A stretch of DNA of 64,000 bases from Octopus sinensis (taxonomy: Eukaryota), in NCBI RefSeq assembly GCF_006345805.1, contig NC_043008.1:74462001-74526000 (forward strand), read 5' to 3'. This document shows positions 24,725 to 37,455 of the stretch, piece by piece (position 1 is the first letter of the stretch; every line of letters begins with the position of its first letter). A program made the translations under genes and the position numbers. The notes below the pieces were generated by a model that was not told the origin of the DNA, searched no databases, and saw nothing but the letters and a program-made list of their open reading frames with translations.

Positions 24725-26659
24725 ATGTATGATTACAGGCATCTATCTATCTCTCTATCTATCTATTTATCTCTCTATATATATACATATATACAGCTTT
24801 ATGTGTATATGTATGTAATATGTATGCATATGTGATTGTTTTGTTTAATACGTGTGTATGTTTATGTACGTAACTATGTCTGCGAATTTATACTTACACC
24901 TAAGTAATGTACGTGCTTAGCCTAAGATATTAAAAAGAAACATCACTGATTAATTTCATTAGCGTATCACCATGTGTATCGGCTCCCACTCCTCCTCCTC
25001 CTCCTCATTTCAATGTCTGATTGTGTGATCTAATTACCATTCCATTCAGTCTTGCGTTCTTCATCTTTTGTTCCCCCGTACCACCTCACCTCCTCTGCGT
25101 TTGTTGTACGACCGCCGAAATCTTACATCGTTCCATACCCTGTTGCTTGCTAGGTGTGCATATGAAAAAAAAAAGAAGAGAGAGAGTTGGGGAAAACAAC
25201 AAGAATGAAGATAGAAATAAAATGGGAGAGATTTCTGCTGGAAGCGAATTAACTTTCTGGAATTAAGGATACTATACCATCCAATCAGATGCTAGTGGCA
25301 TGCTAATTCACATATCTTCGATTATAAGCCATTAATGGATTATGTTATGAAATTTGCCTCAATTCCATATCGTTGATTAAGAAAGTATAAAAATCTATTG
25401 CCTATCTTTGTTTCTTGTTGTTTTAATGCTTTTATATCTGCTGTTTGCGATTCTACATAGTCACATGCACAAAATATTTACTGAGCCGCGATTTTGCTTT
25501 CAACGTTCTTTCATGTATGACTTCTGTTTTTAAAACAATGCATTTATAGGTTAATGTAAATTTATATTGGCAAGAAATTATGAAGAACCCACGAGAAATA
25601 TTTTCATTTTCTTAAAACACACACAGCTGAAGACAGTATTTGTTTTATATGTAATATATATTTGTGTGAGTGTAAACGTGTTGGGGGGGGATAGAAAGAG
25701 AGAGAGAGATTGTGTGTGTGTGTGTGTACATGTGTTTTTCTCTGTGTGTGGTGTTTCACTATGTGTGTGTGTATTTGTGTGTATGTGTGTGTGAAAATAA
25801 AGCATTTTGGAACAGCTTACAGGATTCGGAGGAAGTATCTGCCGCCATATTCACTATAGCTTTTCTAACCCCTATATAAAAGTGACATCACACTTTGATC
25901 ATCCAAATATGATTACATGTACTAGTGGCTTGTCAACGGTGATCTCAGCCCATCCAGCATCAAATTATGACATTATACACATATAATATAAACGGCGAAA
26001 AAATTTTGAGGGTGCTTGCTAGATGTTTTCTTCAAGCCGGGAACGTAACCCGAATGCTATTAGTAGTGATGTTAGAAACGGTTATAGGTTCAGTGTACAC
26101 CTAATAAGCCATAGGGATGTTGATATGAGATTGCAAGGATCCGTAACATGCACTGCGATCACGTCAGATGCTCCAACGATCCTGCCTTTTCGCCCTTTGT
26201 ATAAATTTCTTCCACATATTTAATTTTATTTATGATTAACATACTTTACGTTCCTAAAGTATACTTCACATATCAAGATGTACAGTCCTCTGACTAGCTT
26301 GTCTCATTTGCTTCTCTAAGAAGAACAGAGCAGTTTTTATTGATCTGTTGGCAATCTCGAAATGATTTTGGTAAGGGTAATAAACTTTAAGATTGAAGGT
26401 GACAACAAAAGGATTCGTTTCTATGAGATACAGCTGGGTTACATCACATTGGCAAAGCCAAACTAACAACGAGCTATAATCGCGACATATGAAGACATTC
26501 CTGCAAGAAAACAAAACAATGATCAGCTGTACAATTCTGTTCATAATTATATTCTTCTCCTGTTTCTATACTGCTTCATGCACCCATACAGGTCATCGAA
26601 CCGTTAAATATCTTGATTAATGACATAATGACGTGATGGCATCAGACACTTTTCTACTC

Positions 26660-26775
26660 TAGGCACAAGGCCCGAATTTTGGGGAAAGGGGCCAGTCGAT
26701 TAGATCGACTCCAATATGCAACTTGTACTTAACTTATAGACCCCGAAAGGATGAAAGGCAAAGCAGACCTCTGCG
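26660..26775 (-). mobile_element. SINE family B 3' part
   Basis: ggcacaaggcccg..ccagtcgattagatcgac..gaccccgaaaggatgaaaggcaaag. Confidence 0.75.
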
Positions 26776-26892
26776 GGTGGTGGCACCAGAATGGGAACCA
26801 CCGACTTCTTCGCTAGCAAGAATCAACAGTGACTTGCAGCGTTCAGTTTCTAAAAGATTCACTTACTGCTGTTTATATTTAACTAAAATGTG

Positions 26893-26952
<60 letters not shown>

Positions 26953-26967
26953 GTGTGTGTGTGTGTA

Positions 26968-27200
26968 TGCATATTCTTTTACTTGTTTCAGTTATTTGAC
27001 TGCGGCCATGTTGGAACACCTGTTGGAAGAGATTTTTAGTCGAGCAACTCAACCCAGGGTTTATTTCTATTAAGCCTAGTACTTATTCTATCGGTCTCTT
27101 TTGCCGAACTACTAAGTTACGGGGACGTAAATACAGCAACACCGGTTATCAAGCTGTGATGGATAGACAAACACAGACGCAAAGAAAACATAGACATGTA
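26968..27200 (-). mobile_element. SINE family A 3' half
   Basis: tttacttgtttcagttatttgactgcggccatg..agtacttattctatcggtctcttttgccgaac..aagttacggggacgtaaa. Confidence 0.85.
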
Positions 27201-27322
27201 TATATACGTATGCATATATATATATGCATACACACACACATATATATATAAGATAAAATTACTTGGAAATGGATACGTGGCGTTCAATCATAATATATAT
27301 GTGTGCGTGCGTGTATATATAT

Positions 27323-27370
<48 letters not shown>

Positions 27371-27424
27371 TATATGCATACATATATGCACATATTTACA
27401 CACATATGTATATATATATGCATA

Positions 27425-27600
27425 TATGGGTACAGGACGTCAAAAAACGTAAACAACATGAAATACGAAAGCAAACTTGGGTATGAGAACAACGAAAGAA
27501 ACAAATGGAAAGCAAGACAAGTAACATAAAGAACGACCCTTCATTTGTTGTCGGCTATCCATCTACTCCACATTTCGAGCAATTAATGACAATATGAGGC
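27425..27600 (-). mobile_element. Penelope-like terminal fragment abutting (TA)n
   Basis: Similar to 61907-62050, 62505-62611 and 35400-35570 (gttgtcggct..tctactc..atttcgagca); classification inferred from adjacency of a family member to the Penelope ORF at 62790+. Confidence 0.5.
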
Positions 27601-28659
27601 TTCGAAACACAGTTGCTCCTGCGAACTAAAATAAAATTTGGGACTGTTGTTTCCAGGCGGCCATAAATTACATAGTAACCAAATTCAAATGCAAAATGTG
27701 CATTATGTCATAGATTTCCTTTTTACAACAGACTAGCAGCAAATGCAAATTGTCTATCACTGTTTATATACATCAAGGTTTAAAGAGAACCGTAGTGGGT
27801 AATGAGGAAGGGTTTCAGAAAACGGAGTAAAGAAGCGAGACAAATTATAGATACAACTTGACAAAGACCAGCTATAAGGAGGATAAAGACGGCTGGCGAA
27901 GAAATAGTGTTGTTAGTTCAACTTAGCGGGTGGGGTGGGGCAAAGTACTGGTTCGCAGACAATTGAAAGCAGTTGAGAATAGCAGATGCAATGGACAGAG
28001 AGACGTGGGAATATTAAGGGCTGTGAGAAGGGAGAGAGTGCGGTAGGAGAAGAAAATATAGTGAGTAAAAAGAATTTTAGCTAAGATGATGAGAAATTAT
28101 AACAACTTTAAATAATCGGCAAAGGTTCTGTAGAATTGATTATGGTAAATGGTTTCATTTTGGTGTGATATTATGAGCGACTCCCGGCAACACAATTTAA
28201 AAACGCGGTGATTTGCATTGTAGGTGTGTCCACCACATATAGAGCAGGTCAAGGTATAAGGTGCGTCAAAACTCCTGAGGTAATGCATACCGTATAAAAT
28301 CTCCAGATGGTCAAACGTCGAAATTTATAAAATCGGCTTTAACCTAGCTCCAGTTAGCCTTGTAGATGAAATGCTCTTGATGTTATAGCATCCTCTCTGA
28401 ACAAAAATGATAACATAAGACCAGTGCTTTTTCCATCTACAACAGCTATAATTCTGTGACTATATTTAACCGATGAGAGCCGGCCTTTGAAGTATCACAG
28501 TTGACATATTTTTATACTTGCCCTTACTATCGTTTAATAAATCACAGGTATACATCTCGTCTGCGTGAAAATTTGAGTAGCAATGGAGTTATTCACTAAT
28601 TGATTTCTAATAACCATAAACTCTCATTCATGTGTCGAAGGCTCTTTTCCTGCGTTTGT

Positions 28660-28728
28660 ATACTCTGTGTGTGTGTGTGTGTATGTACGTGCGTGTGCTC
28701 ATGTATGTATGTATATATATATATATAT

Positions 28729-28783
<55 letters not shown>

Positions 28784-28835
28784 CATACATACATACATAC
28801 ATACATACATACATACATACATACATACATACATA
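28660..28835. repeat. Compound (TG)n/(TA)n/(GATA)n/(CATA)n microsatellite
   Basis: Direct reading. Confidence 0.95.
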
Positions 28836-31800
28836 AATACATAATCAACGAATTCTGTACCTTTACAACTTTATGCAACTGTCACAAGCTTAATAGATTT
28901 TTGCTCCATTTCCAAGCAGAAATTCTTGTTTATATATTTTTTATTAGCGTAGCTGGAATTGAATAAAATATTTTTACGTGGAATGTATTCATCTTTTCGA
29001 CTATTTTAATCTCATGTTTAAAACTGCAGCAGTGTATGTTATTCGATTTTGCGCACTCGCTTTTGAAACTAATATACCGCTGTATTTTCTTTTGAATTGC
29101 CAATAATTTGACTGTAGCTAAATTTTCAAGAAAATAATGAAGAAGTTAAATCGAAAGAATCCTTCTGGTATTTCGTTTAAATAGCTTCGCTAAACTGCAG
29201 TAGTGCCATTTCCCCTGAATCTACTTCAAAGTCAAATAAAACGAAAGGAAGGCAGTTCTAAAATTTATTGTTTTATTCTTACCTTAAATCAGCTTTGAAG
29301 ATCAGTTGGGAATACATTATTTGTTAGTCATTATCAACCGAGTTGGAAATGTCTATCTGGAGATTACTATTAGAATTCCATGCACATAGAATCTTATCAA
29401 TACAAATATTATTGCATACACTTAGCTTGATATATCGTTTTCTATTGCAATTCAAATTTTCTGCAAATCGTTGAGAAGTAGAAATTTTATGTGTGTTATT
29501 CTATTATATTAATATTCTTGATTCTCCAGCCAAATTATGCCATTTTCTAAACGATGCCCTAGCTTTTTTTTATTATTCTGTTGTTGAGTAAGAGCTGCAA
29601 ACTGCATCAAACTACGGAATAAACTTTAATATATTTTCTTATATTAACATATGAAATTTAAGACTTGGAATTTGAGAGATGACCATGGCGTTTTACAAGA
29701 AATTGCGAGAAATGATATATCTTGTGGGTCAATATATTTAGTTACATAATAATTGTGCTCTTCAGAGGATACATTTATTAAATAACTAAGAACTTATGAA
29801 ACGTCATAAGTTCTATAGCAATGACATAAGTTGTTTTCCAAATACATTTATTATCTATACAAGAAGACCAAATATTAGTGGACTTGCTTTTACTTGTCGT
29901 ACTCCCGATAACAAAAAATATGTTAGTATTTGTAATATATTATATCCGATTGCATCGACTACTTTCATACTATAAGATATGGAGATTACTGACGATGGTT
30001 ACTAAATAATGGCTTCTAATTTATGCACAAGGTCAGCAATTTTGGAAGGAAGAGTTTTAGTCGATGCTGTTGAACACACAAGTTGACGGGTACTCTATTT
30101 TATAAATCCCAGAGGTGTCTTTAAAAGTAAACTCTTAGCGGTGTTGTTCAATTTTTGCGATATATTAGCAATTCTTCCAAGGGGCCTCAATTCAGCTTTG
30201 ATGCCGTTCCAATTCCTAGGTTAATGTCCTCACAAATATCTTGCTATTTATATTCTCTCTTAACAGTGACGTGTATCTTTCATGAACAATTAGTATTTTC
30301 ATTTGAGTGTATCAAAGATATTTAATCCAAGATAATCATGTATTATTTACATCTCCATACAAAGGAAGCAAATTCAATTCCATTAGAGGTGTTTCCTCAT
30401 AATAGTAGAACTAGGCATATTATTTTCTGCAACATGTGACAGTTAACTGACTTCAATTTGGAGATTTGGCAACAGGTTATCAGAGTATTGAACGAGTTTT
30501 CGACTAGCGTCATTTTCTAGGAGAAAAATATATTTCATCAACTTAATCTTATTCAGTAGTAAGAAAAACACTGAGACTTCTAATTACATTTATAATGATC
30601 AAAATACACATTATTAGTTTGCTACAATAGAACATCCATAAATATCCCCAAGACTTTCTCAAATAAGTATATCGTATATATGACCATTACGTAATTTACC
30701 GAGCGCTAATGGTTAAAGTGAACAACAATGACAGATGGAAAAAAATATACTAATCAGGCAGTAGAGTTGTTTAAGTTAATAGTCTTTGTGTGTGTCTTCC
30801 ACGCTGTAATCAAATTAGTAGAGAACTGTATTACTTTTTATATTTGTTTAGTTTTCGTTTGCTTAAATTGATTTGTAGTCTTCATGCTTCTTCTACAGTA
30901 ATAAGATCCTTATTAGCATCCTATCCCAATAAGGACCCTATCACTGCCCTTTAATACTGTTTGTGGCGAACCATCAAACTTTCAACGTTTTCCAATCCAC
31001 TGTCGTTTCGCTCACTTCATTCTTTAAAAAATATAATTATCCCGACAACGGACAATGCCCTATTGATAGTGAAGCTCTAAGCCTTAAACTTGCATAACAC
31101 TTTAACTTCCCAGAACACCCTGACCCACCACTATACCTTCAAAACTACTACACCTTAAACAATACTACACTTTAAACCACATCTACTCATTAATCTCTTA
31201 CTCAAATCTAAATACTCACTCCACCTTAGCCTCTCACTACACCTTAATCTACTACTGACATATGTTGAACTCATCGAATTGAATTTTCATGATTCAGGAA
31301 TTAATGAATATGAGAAATCTAACCTGGGATATTTCGTGTTTGACGAAATGTGAACAAGAATATTTCCTAAAACTTAAAAGAATGTCAAACATATGTGAAC
31401 AAGTACACAATAGAATGTTATTGGATACTGAAAACTATTCTAGTTAGAAAAGTAAAGGAGTAAGTCATGCTAAAATGGCCAGAATAATATGTAAAACCTA
31501 TTGATATGTTATCGAACCAAGATTGATAGAAGTCAAGCTGGATTTCAATTTACCAATAAAGTTGATTAAATTCTCCATTTTTTAGTAAGAATTCACAACC
31601 TCAATGCAAACATTGTTACCTGTACCACTGTTCTCCTCATACCTCCTAAAACCATCGTTAAACAGATCATATTAATAACCTACGTATGTTTTGATACAAC
31701 CGAGTAAATCTATAGTTAAATAGCAATAAATTTATAGAGAGACCTGCAATCCAGTAGGTTGTATATCTAGTCTTCATCACAGTGTCCAGAAAAGGTGTGA

Positions 31801-32404
31801 TTTAAAGAGACCGCATTATCCCCAACAGCAACTAATATAGATATGGGGTTGAAAGTAGCGTTTGGGAGCTAATTATTTCATTCTTTACACAGAATTTCTA
31901 TTGCTTACAATGCTGAGACTCTCCTAGCTAGAAGGTGCTGTCTATTCATATTAAGTGGACTGAACCAACAAGAAAGGAGTTAAAAATCTGGGTCGGATCC
32001 AAGTTTTTGCTTGTTTCTATTGTAGTGGTAGGTTTTTACTCACTAAGCGGGTAAGAAATAGCAGTGCCCATAATGTTTGAAGGTCTTTCGAAATTGATAA
32101 GCATGATGCCGTTAATATTCTTTTTAAACCATTGCCAAACAACATCTGTTATATATTTCTCTAGTTCTTTTCATTCAAATGCGGTTGAATATCATAGCGT
32201 ATAAAAACATGTTGATGTTGATAGTAATAGTTCTCTAAAACTACTGAGTGATATCAATAAAATATTTTGTGAGATGTCAGCTGTCTCGAATAATTTGGGG
32301 GTCAATGAGAGAAGTTGAGCCAATAAGATTAATCCGCATATGGCCACTCAGCCATATGCGGATTAAGAAGAAGAAAGATTAGTGATCCGAGAGATGTTAA
32401 TGGG

Positions 32405-32760
32405 GAACCGGTTCACTATTACCATCTCTCGAGCTTGCTAAGTCTTCTCATCAGTGATGGAGCTTGACGGGCGCCCTGCTCCCTCTTCGTGCGTCCTTCT
32501 TGTCCGGCCACTTTTAAAATTATCGATCCACTCATACACACTTCTACGCGATAGTGCATGTCCCTGCATTGTACTAAAACCTTCCGATGAATTTCAGTAC
32601 CTGTCACACCTTCCGACCAGAGAAATCGGACACTGGTTTTTGCTCTTCTTTGATGCACATTGCTATTAGAGCGGCCATGCTCACACTGTCAAGCCAGAAA
32701 TACAAAGAAAAAAACGGCGCCATCACGCTCAAACTTCGATCACGTGACCACAACAGTACC
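32405..32760 (-). mobile_element. Mariner transposase N-terminal remnant (third lineage)
   Basis: VRFLWSEGVTGTEIHRK and, in another frame, VYEWIDNFKSGRTRRTHEEGAGRPSSSITDEK. Confidence 0.8.
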
Positions 32761-33015
32761 AAATATGAGCACGTATGCGCAGAAGACAGTGTGTCAATAA
32801 TAAAGATATGTTACGGTGAAATTGGGGATATTGTTTTACTTACCCTCATATGTATATATATATGTATATATATATATATATAGGTAAAAAAGGTAAGATA
32901 ACAAAAGAAAGAAAGAAACCTCAATATTATGTAAATAGAGGAATTTATCTGTAAAATAAAATGTAACAATTATTCGGTAGCCAAGATAAAACTCTGAGGC
33001 ATCCGAAACTCAGAG

Positions 33016-33059
<44 letters not shown>

Positions 33060-34045
33060 TATATATATATAATATATATATATACATATATGCGTGTGTT
33101 TGTGTGTGAGTGTATTTGTATGTGTATGTATATATGTATATAATATGAATATATATATATATATGTAGGTTTGTATAAATTTCTATGTGTGCGTGCGCAC
33201 ATGCGTAAGTGTGTGTTCGTGTGTTTACTGAACAATTCAAACTAGCAGTCGATAGCAGAAAATACTTTAAGAATATAGAGTTGTTCTTCAGATAAATATA
33301 AAATGATTAGTAGAATAGTTCCTTCTCTCAAATCACACACACACACACAGACACACACACACACACACGCACACACATATATATATATATATATATTGAT
33401 GTTTATGAGGATATGTTTAGAACATGTTCAGATGCGGCAGGATACACTGAAGTGCGTGAATCAAACTATTTTAGATCATATGTAGTGGAAAAAAGAAAAG
33501 CTCAAACGCCCTACACACAGATTATATATAAAGTGCTGAAAAAATCATCAGCCATTGATTATCTTCATGTTCTCTAGAGATGAACAAAGAATTTACAATA
33601 ATTTCGAGTATTCTATCTATTATTTCCTATTCATACTCGTGGGGGATCTGATATCGAAGTGCGTGTTTCGATTCTGCTAATATCAAAGTAATACAACATA
33701 ACGTGATATTTGTCTAGAACATGTGATGTAAACTGAATATATTATCGAGAGATAAACAAACGAAGAAGAAGAGAAAAAAATGTCGTTCGGAAATTATATT
33801 ACATTCCACATTTACTTCAAAATGTTCCTTAACAGTTGCCGTCGAAGTAAAGTTCGTGTCACTGCTTACAGAGCCAGTCATTTCCGGAGTTTTGCACGTC
33901 TAATCTACATAACAAGTGAAATATAAAACAAAATGCATAAACTATATCACTTGCTTCCATGATGAAAGTACATTGCTTTTTCCAAGATGTGGGAGAACAG
34001 AGGAAAATTGTATTATTATACAAATTATATTTATTTCTGTTCGTA

Positions 34046-34087
34046 ATTGTACTGATAGTGTCAGGGTCCCCTGCCGAAATATGCAAT
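34046..34087 (+). ncRNA. Degenerate minimal hammerhead-like motif
   Basis: Stem I attgta/tgcaat, core CTGATAG (should be CTGANGA), stem II gtcaggg/ccctgcc, then GAAA-UA. Confidence 0.4.
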
Positions 34088-34146
34088 GTTATCAGTTCCA
34101 TATTTTTCGGTAAATCGATTTATATTCAACCATATTGCTGTTTCTG

Positions 34147-34232
<86 letters not shown>

Positions 34233-34496
34233 AACAACAACAACAGCAACTCTGATATAGATGATACCTTCATTCTCAAAGAAATACAGCACTAAAATTA
34301 TGACTTGCTGTTTAGGTTTCATGGATATATAAATACAGGCATACACACAGATCTTCTGTATATGCATGTATGTATGTATGTATGTATGTATATATGCATT
34401 TCATTTTCTATTCTTGTTTTGCTTTTTTCCCCAAGTCTCCGTCACTGGAATTTCAACATCAACATACGTATATATACATATATATATATATATATA

Positions 34497-34667
34497 GGAA
34501 CAGGAGTGGGCGTGTGGTAAGTAGCTTGCTTACTAACCATATGGTTCTGGGTTCAGTCCCACTGCGTGGCACCTTGGGCGAGTGTCTTCTACTATAGCTT
34601 CGGGCCGACCAAAGCCTTGTGAGCTGATTTGGTAGACGGAAAGTGAAAGAAGCCTGTCGTATATATG

Positions 34668-34740
<73 letters not shown>

Positions 34741-34938
34741 GTGTGTGTGTTTGTCCTCCAACATCGCTTGACAACCGATGCGGGTGTGTTTACGTCCCCG
34801 TAACATAGCGGTTCGGCAAAAGAGACCGATAGAATAAGTACTAGCCTTACAAACAATAAGTCCTGGAGTCGATTTCTTCGACTAAATGCGGTACTCCAGT
34901 AAGGCCGCAGTCAAATGACTGAAACAAGTAAAAGAATA
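34497..34938 (+). mobile_element. SINE family A, full length
   Basis: tRNA-like head (gtgtggtaag A-box-like, ggttcagtccc B-box-like), CORE-like caccttgggcgagtgtc, internal (TA)n(TG)n, tail ccgcagtcaaatgactgaaacaagtaaaaga. Confidence 0.9.
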
Positions 34939-35651
34939 TGCGCATCCATTTCTAAGTAAGATTGTTCTTAATATTAAAAATGATGCGCACTCTTAACCTT
35001 TCTCTCCCCCTCCCTTTCTCAGCCTTCATTCTTTTGGCTTTCCGTTTCTTCTACCTTACTGCCTCTCCCTTTCTCTTACTCCTCCTCCTCCCTCCCGTCG
35101 CGGTCACGTGATGTGATGGGTTCCACTGTCTTTCTTCTCCTGTAAAATCTGTTGCTCTCTGCCGTTCTCAGAAAATAGCGTTCGTAAAAGAATTTTATCT
35201 CGTTTGGCTTAACAGCCCTTCTAGTTTGTGTTACTGTTATTCTCCGTGTCCTGACTTTTACTGTTTATATTTTGTACTGTCGTTACTGTCCTGTTTTTGT
35301 TACCATTTTTACCCCTCCGCAAAAAAATCTCAAATTTTATTTAATTTGATTTTCGCGGAAAGGAAAGTTTTATGGGAGTCATGTATCGCCTTGACCTTCG
35401 AAACGTGAAGTAGATGAAACTAAGGCGACTGAAGAAGGGGAATTTTCCTTGTTTTGTATGTCCTGTACTCTATTTTTTCGTTGTTTAAAAGAAATGTCCA
35501 TTTCCTTGTTTTTGTGCTTATGTTTTCGTTTCTCATTGTGTTCGACGTTTTTTTTGTGTCCTGTACCCATATATACATGTATATATACATGTAGAGGTAG
35601 GTACGTACATATATGTATGTATATATGCATATGTTTTATTTATTAATTTGC

Positions 35652-35745
<94 letters not shown>

Positions 35746-35967
35746 TAGAGATAAACCCATTATTAGGCAAATCAAACAGTGAAAAACATAAACCAAAACA
35801 TAGAAATAAAATTAATTTTATTTCTATGTTTTGGTTTATGTCTTTCCCTGTTTGATTTGCCTAATAGTGGTTTTATCTCTAATTTAATTTATATTTATAT
35901 TTATACTGTAAAATTAGATTTAATCCTAAATCTAATTTTTCCCTGTAAGTTTGGATTTACTCCCTAA

Positions 35968-36037
<70 letters not shown>

Positions 36038-36154
36038 TAGTATTAGTATTATTATTATATATACATATATAGAAAGAAAGAAGGAAAACAAGAAAGAAAG
36101 ATAGATAGATAGAGAGGAAGAGAAAGAGAGACAGAGAGAGAGAGAATTTGAAGC

Positions 36155-36270
36155 ACATGGTTAGTGGCTAGAATAATGTTGAACTCTCGATCTTTAGTTT
36201 GAAGTTTCGATTCCTGGGCCGGGCAATGCCTTGTGCTTTTGCGCAAAACACTTCATCTGAGGTTGTCCAT
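36155..36270 (+). mobile_element. tRNA-derived SINE head fragment
   Basis: tggttagtggctaga..gtttcgattcctgggccggg..gcaaaacacttca. Confidence 0.6.
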
Positions 36271-36271
36271 T

Positions 36272-36304
<33 letters not shown>

Positions 36305-36329
36305 TGTGTATGTGTGTGTGTGTGTATGT

Positions 36330-36361
<32 letters not shown>

Positions 36362-36364
<3 letters not shown>

Positions 36365-37170
36365 ATGCATTGTAAATAAACAACGAGAGATAAAATAAAA
36401 CTTATACGTATAAGACACAGAACGTCCCTAATTCTTCATTAGTTATCAACCAGAATGGTAATAGGCAGTTTTGCATCTCTAGTGATAAGACTGAGAGGCT
36501 TTTCATGTCGGCGGTGCCAGCGAAAGATGCAGAGAATCGGGCTTCAAGCAAACAAAACGACACAGATTGGCCATACGAAAGTTTAAAAAAAGAAGTAATT
36601 TAAGACGATGATCAAAGACAAACCAACCAAAATACAGCCTTGCGGCCAAAAGACAGGAATGGTGAGTAACGCTTAGAAAGGATCCTAAAGGATATAAACA
36701 GTAGTAAATAGTAAGACCGAGAAGGTTTTTTGTCCCCGAACCACCGGGCAGCCAGCCAGTGAGAAAGAGAGAATGAAGAAAAAGTGACCGCGAGTCACGT
36801 GTCAGCAGCTAGCAAAGGAGAAAGAGAGAGAGAGAGAGAACAACAAAGAGATGATATAGAAGAAATAAGGGCAAAAAAGAAGGGAGAATGGAGAAAGGCT
36901 ACAAATACGAGTGTGAGGGCGAGAGAGAGAAAAAGGGGAAAGTGGACAGGCTAGAAAGAGAAGTAACAGGGTGAGAGACAAAAGGAGAAAGAGTAGAGTC
37001 TTAGAGGATATATGTAACCTTACTGTTATAAACGTGTGCTCTGTGTTGCGTACCGTTACTAATAAATGTAAAAATGCATTGTAAATATACATTGACAGAT
37101 AAAAAACGTATACTTACAAGACACAGAGGTGTCTCTAATTCGTCATCAGTTATCAACCAGAATGGTAATA
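36362..37170 (-). mobile_element. Non-coding element bounded by ~100-bp direct repeats (Penelope pseudo-LTR-like)
   Basis: 36362-36463 and 37071-37170 are diverged direct repeats ending agttatcaaccagaatggtaata. Confidence 0.55.
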
Positions 37171-37199
37171 CTCAGTTTCGCATTTGTGTGTGTGTATGC

Positions 37200-37455
37200 T
37201 TCCCATCATTTCAGATTACGTCCAACAGCATGGTGCCTTCAGCAAGCGTCTTCTACTATAGCTTTGAGCCGAGCAAACCTTGGATTTGGTAGACGGGAAC
37301 GGAAAGGAGCCCATCGCATATATACTTGTGTGTGTGTGTGTGTCTTTATGTCTGTGTTTGTACCCACTATGTGTTTTCATCCCTGTAACTAAGCGGTTCT
37401 GGAAAAGAAACAAATAGAATAAGTATCAAGTTTAAACAGAATAAATAAGTACTGG
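37200..37455 (+). mobile_element. SINE family A, degenerate
   Basis: gtcttctactatagc..gatttggtagacggg..(TG)n..gtaactaagcggttc..agaataagta. Confidence 0.75.

Noticed and set aside
25873-25882. Canonical TATA box tatataaaag
   Set aside because: No convincing initiator, ORF or exon downstream; expected by chance in AT-rich DNA.
32985-33015. ctctgag-gcatccgaaa-ctcagag hairpin resembling a hammerhead end
   Set aside because: The CUGANGA core is missing and stem III is not palindromic; at best a deleted remnant.
35390-35445. GAAACG upstream of CTGAAGA (possible type II hammerhead; also at 27540 and 62000)
   Set aside because: No stem I hairpin can form between the boxes, and stem II is mostly G-U pairs.
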